In this document: positions 59,318 to 64,000 of the stretch, piece by piece | Layout of the letters: every line of letters starts with the position of its first letter | How positions within the stretch are numbered: position 1 is the first letter of the stretch | Source of the DNA: an uncultured Bdellovibrionales bacterium | GTDB lineage: Bacteria > Bdellovibrionota_C > UBA2361 > SZUA-149 > CAZDWZ01 | Length of the DNA: 64,000 nt | Direction of reading: 5' to 3' | Assembly: GCA_964405665.1 (NCBI GenBank) | Contig: CAYOOT010000006.1 | Span: 3,350-67,349 of the forward strand | Position numbers and translations under genes: made by a program | Notes under the pieces: model-generated | What the model saw: the letters and a program-made list of their open reading frames with translations, nothing else | What the model was told of the DNA's origin: nothing | Database searches by the model: none

Positions 59318-60993
59318 TTAATCTTAGAGTGATAGCAAGTTTCACACAAAATCCTACTATCATAATCTTTTGGCCAACTGGTTTTAGTGCTCTTTAAACA
59401 TTGCTGACATTTGCTTTCTCGCAGCTCTCCGGAAAAAGGAATCCATTGATAATTATCTTGGAGACGATGAGTATAATAGGAAGACGGTAAGGGCACGCCG
59501 ATTTTATTGGAAAAAATTATATCAGCTTTGCTGATTTTAAATGGACGTTGATATTCTTCATCCCAAAAAACTGTATTTGTTAGCGAATGCTGCGGATCAT
59601 TTAATGCCGCTTGGATTAAATCGGAACTTAGTTGATCGATAATTTCCCGAGAAGAGCAATAATTTGTTTGCTGACGCTCTAATTTTGCTGCTGTTCTAAA
59701 CCCTAATTTACTTTGTTCTTCTTCTGATAATTTAAAACGAAATCCGGATAAACTTTCATTATAGGGATTGGGTGCAAAATGCCCGGGAAAGAAGGTCCCC
59801 CACTCTCCTGTTTCTTTCATTTGTTCAATAATCTGATCTTTTAAAATTCGATATTCTTTTTCGGAATAAGCTTTATTGAAAATATGAAATTTTTTCTGAA
59901 ATAAACCACAACAAGCAAAACAATTTTCGCACTGAAAACAATAAGCCGAGTAATCGCAAAAACGACAGGAATTAAGTTCAAAACTGAAGCTGGTTTGATA
60001 ACAAAAAACATTCATTACGGAATAATAAGTTAGCTCCGTGCCGATTGTTCCCATTGCATCTAATGTAAATTTGGCATTGGGACCGGAGACGGCATCGTTG
60101 ACGCAATTCTCATGATAGGAAAGCTCAAAACAGTTTTCGCAATTCTTGCAATGTTCCAAATAGTTTCCACTGCTATCTTCAGACTTGTCTATAAAAACAG
60201 CCTTGTGATAAGCCGTTTTTAACATCATCTCGGCAAAAAAACTTTTAGCTTTTTGATAAACTGTATTCGATAATAAGTTCCAGTTTTTCTTAGTTTCTTG
60301 AAATTCACTTTCCGTCATCTGCTTGTTGCCGAAACAAAAGCGTTTGTTTCTTAAATTAAAACAAAACATGCAATCGCGACAATTTCTACAATCATAAAGA
60401 AAAGTGGAATCCTGAACATTGCGGCAATGAATGCCATAAATTAAATTATAGCAGTCTTGAGAACAGACCAAATCAAAACAAAGCTCAGAATTGATTCCAA
60501 ATACACAATAGTGACAATCTCTTAATTTGGTACAGTAAATACAGTAATGACAATCTTCGGAATATTCTCCGGAATGACAGAGATAACAATTTTTGCTGTG
60601 ATAAAAATCATCAGTATATTCACAGTTCTGGTTACTCTTTTGAAAAATATGAGGCAAAGGACAGCGCTGAAACAGCTCCCAGGCTTGTTCAAAAAAAGAA
60701 CGGGAAAAAATATAGTTCGTATTTGGCGGATTAGCATTGGCAATCCATTGGTCTTTATGCCAGATCGGGTAAGGACAATCGGGACGAAAAATAGAAACAA
60801 TATTTTGTTTTGTTAAATCACAAGTTCGGGAATACAAATTCCAATGGGGCCAGAATGCTCCCAACTCGCGAAAGCGATATTGTGGTTTGATTTTAGGCCA
60901 GCTCTCAGAAAAACCAAACTTACTTCTTAATTGTTTTTCTAACTCAGAAAGAACAAAGTTTTCTCCTGAGATTTGACAGAGAAGACTACTCAT
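59314..60993 (-). CDS. Cys-rich family protein, copy E (18 nt downstream of bshA, same strand)
   Basis: 559 aa. N-module LLCQISGENFVLSELEKQLRSKFGF…LYSRTCDLTKQNIVSIF, cores ending CFNLRNKRFCFGNKQMTESEF and CCGLFQKKFHIFNKAYSEKEY, C-module …KIGVPLPSSYY…CQQC…LCETCY. Confidence 0.8.
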   Translation of the reverse strand: MSSLLCQISGENFVLSELEKQLRSKFGFSESWPKIKPQYRFRELGAFWPHWNLYSRTCDLTKQNIVSIFRPDCPYPIWHKDQWIANANPPNTNYIFSRSFFEQAWELFQRCPLPHIFQKSNQNCEYTDDFYHSKNCYLCHSGEYSEDCHYCIYCTKLRDCHYCVFGINSELCFDLVCSQDCYNLIYGIHCRNVQDSTFLYDCRNCRDCMFCFNLRNKRFCFGNKQMTESEFQETKKNWNLLSNTVYQKAKSFFAEMMLKTAYHKAVFIDKSEDSSGNYLEHCKNCENCFELSYHENCVNDAVSGPNAKFTLDAMGTIGTELTYYSVMNVFCYQTSFSFELNSCRFCDYSAYCFQCENCFACCGLFQKKFHIFNKAYSEKEYRILKDQIIEQMKETGEWGTFFPGHFAPNPYNESLSGFRFKLSEEEQSKLGFRTAAKLERQQTNYCSSREIIDQLSSDLIQAALNDPQHSLTNTVFWDEEYQRPFKISKADIIFSNKIGVPLPSSYYTHRLQDNYQWIPFSGELRESKCQQCLKSTKTSWPKDYDSRILCETCYHSKIN

Positions 60994-61011
60994 TGGACTA
61001 ATTATAGTGGA

Positions 61012-62163
61012 TTAGAGATTGCTATAATAGTAGTTTTCATACTGCTCAATAATATTTTCCAGTTTGAAATTATTAACTGCTGTTTCTCTTGCCGCCTTAG
61101 AAAAACTACTCCAGAGTTTGGAATTATTTAATAGTCTAAGGGCATTTGCCGCCATTTCTTCCACATTTCCGACATCAGAGAGAAATCCGTCTTTGCCGTG
61201 ATTGACTAATTCCGGAATTCCCTGGGTGTTACTGGCGATCACCGGAACTCCGCAACTCATCGCTTCTAATGCAGCCAAACCGAAACTTTCTGATTCGCTA
61301 GGCAATAAAAATAAGTCGGATTGCTGAAGTATTTCCACAAAGCTTTCTAATTTTCCTAAGAAATTTACTCTTTCAAATACTCCTAATTCCCGTGCCAAGC
61401 TTTCTGCCCCTGCCCTTTCCGGGCCATCGCCAATTAGAATTAAGTGCGCCGGTAAAGTTTTATTAATTAGACTAAAAATTTTAATGACATCCCCTATTCT
61501 TTTTACCGGTCTAAAATTGGACGTATGCACTAAAATTTTATCATTCTTTGTACATTTATTGAGAAAACTATAAAGACTTGCAGAAACATTGAGATCTCTT
61601 GGGGCATATTTTTCAGTATCTATAAAGTTGTAAATGACTTCAACTGGTTTATCTGTACTAATATTAATCTTATCGTAGGTGGCATTTCTTAAGTAATGCG
61701 AAGGTACTGTTACACCGTCACTTTGTTCAATAGAAAAACGTACAATCGGCAGATAACTGCGATCACTTCCCACTAAAGTAATATCGGTTCCATGCAGTGT
61801 GGTGATAATTTTTGGAGCCTTATCTCCGAGGATTTGCTTAGCCAAATAAGCACTGGTCGCATGCGGCACTGCATAATGCACATGCAAGATATCTAACTTT
61901 TCAAAAGTGCAGACTTCCACAATTTTTGAAGCAAGGCTTAAAGGATATTGTGGATGGATGAATAAAGGATAATCCCGCATTTCCACTTCATGAAAAAAGA
62001 TATTTTTTGTGAAACGATCGATTCTTCTTGGAATATCATACGCAATAAAATGCACTTTATGTCCGCGCTTAGCCAGGGCCATGCCAATTTCCGCGGCAAT
62101 TACACCACTGCCGCCATAAGTGGGATAACAACAAATTCCGATATTTAAGTTTTGTTTGTTCAT
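61012..62163 (-). CDS. bshA: N-acetyl-alpha-D-glucosaminyl L-malate synthase BshA (GT4 glycosyltransferase)
   Basis: Collinear match along the whole length to the BshA pattern: [20 protein letters not shown]…[13 protein letters not shown]…TTLHGTDIT…NFID…SNFRPVKR…LIGDGPE…[16 protein letters not shown]. Confidence 0.8.
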   Translation of the reverse strand: MNKQNLNIGICCYPTYGGSGVIAAEIGMALAKRGHKVHFIAYDIPRRIDRFTKNIFFHEVEMRDYPLFIHPQYPLSLASKIVEVCTFEKLDILHVHYAVPHATSAYLAKQILGDKAPKIITTLHGTDITLVGSDRSYLPIVRFSIEQSDGVTVPSHYLRNATYDKINISTDKPVEVIYNFIDTEKYAPRDLNVSASLYSFLNKCTKNDKILVHTSNFRPVKRIGDVIKIFSLINKTLPAHLILIGDGPERAGAESLARELGVFERVNFLGKLESFVEILQQSDLFLLPSESESFGLAALEAMSCGVPVIASNTQGIPELVNHGKDGFLSDVGNVEEMAANALRLLNNSKLWSSFSKAARETAVNNFKLENIIEQYENYYYSNL

Positions 62164-62903
62164 TTGTTTTGACTAAAAATTAAAGTATCCTTACCGGGGT
62201 TATCAATAAAATAGCTTACCGGATCATTAATGCTAATGGAATTTGTAATTAGAAATGGTTCCCCGAATTCAGCTCCAATCATTGCTCCACAATACTCGTC
62301 TCTTGCCGTAATTGAACTGATAGAAAGTGGTGAATTGATTAAGGTTTGAATATTAGAATTTTTCTTAACCTGACTTTGATAACAATTGATCGCATCGAGT
62401 TTTTGTTGATAAACGTTGGTTATATCCACTACAAATGAAGGAGTAAAAGTATAACGCATTTGATAAAAGGCAATTTGATTAGTAACGAAACGCTCTTCTT
62501 TGCAGGGATATTTTTTTAGACCGGCGAAATAAACAGCTTTTTTAATAATCAAACTGCACTGCACATGGTCGGGGTGTCGATCTTCCCAATATGGGGCAAG
62601 AATTAATTTGGGCTTAAGTTTTCTGATTGCTAAAACAACGGCGTCAATTTGTTCCCGGGAAGAACTATCTAAATATGCATCTTTTAAAGCTAAATTGCCC
62701 CGGTAGCTTAAGCTTAATTTTTTAGCGGCAGCTTCTGCTTCAGCTGCTCTTTTTTCAATGGTGCCCTGGGTTCCCATTTCTCCTTTGGTTAAGTCCAGCA
62801 AACCGGTTTTGTACTTAAGCTTTGCCATTTTTGCCAAAGTACCGCCGCAAAAAATTTCGACATCATCAGGATGGGGAGAAATGGCAAGAATGTCTAATTC
62901 CAT
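62160..62903 (-). CDS. bshB: bacillithiol biosynthesis deacetylase BshB (LmbE/PIG-L family)
   Basis: LDILAISPHPDDVEIFCGGTLAK…ILAPYWEDRHPDH metal-binding motifs. Overlaps the bshA start by 4 nt. Confidence 0.8.
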   Translation of the reverse strand: MELDILAISPHPDDVEIFCGGTLAKMAKLKYKTGLLDLTKGEMGTQGTIEKRAAEAEAAAKKLSLSYRGNLALKDAYLDSSSREQIDAVVLAIRKLKPKLILAPYWEDRHPDHVQCSLIIKKAVYFAGLKKYPCKEERFVTNQIAFYQMRYTFTPSFVVDITNVYQQKLDAINCYQSQVKKNSNIQTLINSPLSISSITARDEYCGAMIGAEFGEPFLITNSISINDPVSYFIDNPGKDTLIFSQNK

Positions 62904-62906
62904 ATC

Positions 62907-64000
62907 TTAAAGCTTTATTTTAAGTTCGTTTTTACTAAAGGGTTTGAAATTGCTCTTTATAACATTTTTAAATTCAAATCCATATTTTAACCAAAAGTAA
63001 GCAAAAGCAATAATTCTTTCCTGTGGTTCATTTAAGGGAAAAATGTTGTTTTTTAGCTTGTTTATTCTAGTTTCCAGAGCAGTTGAGCTCTCTTTTAATT
63101 TATCTTTATATTTATCCAGAACTGCCTGATAAATTGCATTAACTTTTTCATTAGCCTTATTCAGATTTGTAACTAAGACCGAATCAACTTCTTTAAATTT
63201 AGCTGCAAATTTTTCTGATATTTTGTTTAAATCTGTTTTAATTTCTTGTTCAAAGTTGGTAGCAACTTGAAATTCCGGATTTAATTTTGAATGCAAATCG
63301 TCGATATTTTCTATCTTAATCTCCAGTAAATCATTTTCTGAGATTTCTAATTTTTCAGCCAATCTTCTTGTGGAAGCTTCAAAGATTGTGGCGGATAGTC
63401 GAGGAAATAATAAGCAAGGAGTTTGAGAAAAATGATTTCTAATGGAATCTACTTGTTTAAAATATTCTAGTTCGGCATTTCCCCCGATGTAGCCAATATT
63501 GGGAAATAAATAATCTTGTAAAATTGGACGAAGTAAGGCTGTGGTAGAGAATTTTTCCGGATGGCTTGTCAACTCATTTAAAAGTTCTTCTTTAGTTAGA
63601 CTAAGCTCATATCCCCTTAATTGCCAATTGTTTTGATTTTCTTCCAGTCTGTATCTTTCTTCCAAGCCAGTTGTAGTTTTCTGTAAATAAAAAAACAAAG
63701 GAGAATTAGGCAAAATCTTTACTTGCTCTGAACCTATTGCTGCACTTTTCATTAAGGATTCGTTGATTAGGGAATGTTTTTCCAGAGCTGTTTTAAATAC
63801 CGGCTTAAATAATTCGGCCACGCCTTTTGCTCGGGGATCAAAAAACAATAAACCATCTTCAGAAAATAAATATGCAAGAAAGTCTTTAAAAGCATCGGAG
63901 TAATTCTTATGTTCCAGATAACATTTATTGATTATTTCAAATTGATCAAGGTTTACATTAAAAACATTATCTTTAAGTTCTTTTTTTAAGCCTTCAATAT
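62907..64000 (-). CDS. bshC: probable bacillithiol cysteine-adding enzyme BshC, C-terminal ~365 aa (5' end beyond window)
   Basis: Reading frame open to the window edge. Coiled-coil C-terminus and position directly upstream of bshB-bshA. Sequence similarity to BshC is inferred, not verified. Confidence 0.5.
   Translation of the reverse strand, partial: IEGLKKELKDNVFNVNLDQFEIINKCYLEHKNYSDAFKDFLAYLFSEDGLLFFDPRAKGVAELFKPVFKTALEKHSLINESLMKSAAIGSEQVKILPNSPLFFYLQKTTTGLEERYRLEENQNNWQLRGYELSLTKEELLNELTSHPEKFSTTALLRPILQDYLFPNIGYIGGNAELEYFKQVDSIRNHFSQTPCLLFPRLSATIFEASTRRLAEKLEISENDLLEIKIENIDDLHSKLNPEFQVATNFEQEIKTDLNKISEKFAAKFKEVDSVLVTNLNKANEKVNAIYQAVLDKYKDKLKESSTALETRINKLKNNIFPLNEPQERIIAFAYFWLKYGFEFKNVIKSNFKPFSKNELKIKL

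Overview
Gene-dense, AT-rich bacterial chromosomal segment spanning the replication origin. The backbone is housekeeping: secA, an accC-rluA-SDR operon, trxB, atpI-like/atpB/atpE, dnaA-[oriC candidate]-dnaN-recF, gyrB-gyrA, gpsA. Envelope genes indicate a diderm cell (outer-membrane beta-barrel protein, TetR-regulated TolC-like/adaptor/RND efflux pump). Accessory content comprises an MprF-like aminoacyl-phosphatidylglycerol synthase with an AcvB/VirJ-like hydrolase, a bacillithiol biosynthesis operon (bshC-bshB-bshA), an ABC-2 exporter operon interrupted by a minimal nucleotidyltransferase plus a small ORF, and an ORF6N-domain gene next to a perfect 63-nt palindrome.

The most striking content is an expanded paralogous family of large (~530-570 aa) extremely cysteine-rich cytoplasmic proteins that I cannot assign to any named family. 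There are five intact copies (15384-17033, 37982-39700, 48383-49981, 59314-60993, plus the N-truncated/split 20526-21792) and a decayed remnant at 53160-53650. All are built the same way: a zinc-ribbon-like terminal module duplicated at both ends, flanking two internally repeated Cys-rich core modules. Two copies are co-transcribed with thiol/lipid-modification operons (bsh, mprF-acvB).

A second recurring element is a GC-rich palindromic hairpin repeat (GTAGGGGCACCC-ATAAA-GGGTGCCCCTAC and compound variants) at five gene ends.

No tRNA/rRNA genes, CRISPR arrays, transposases or integrases were recognised.
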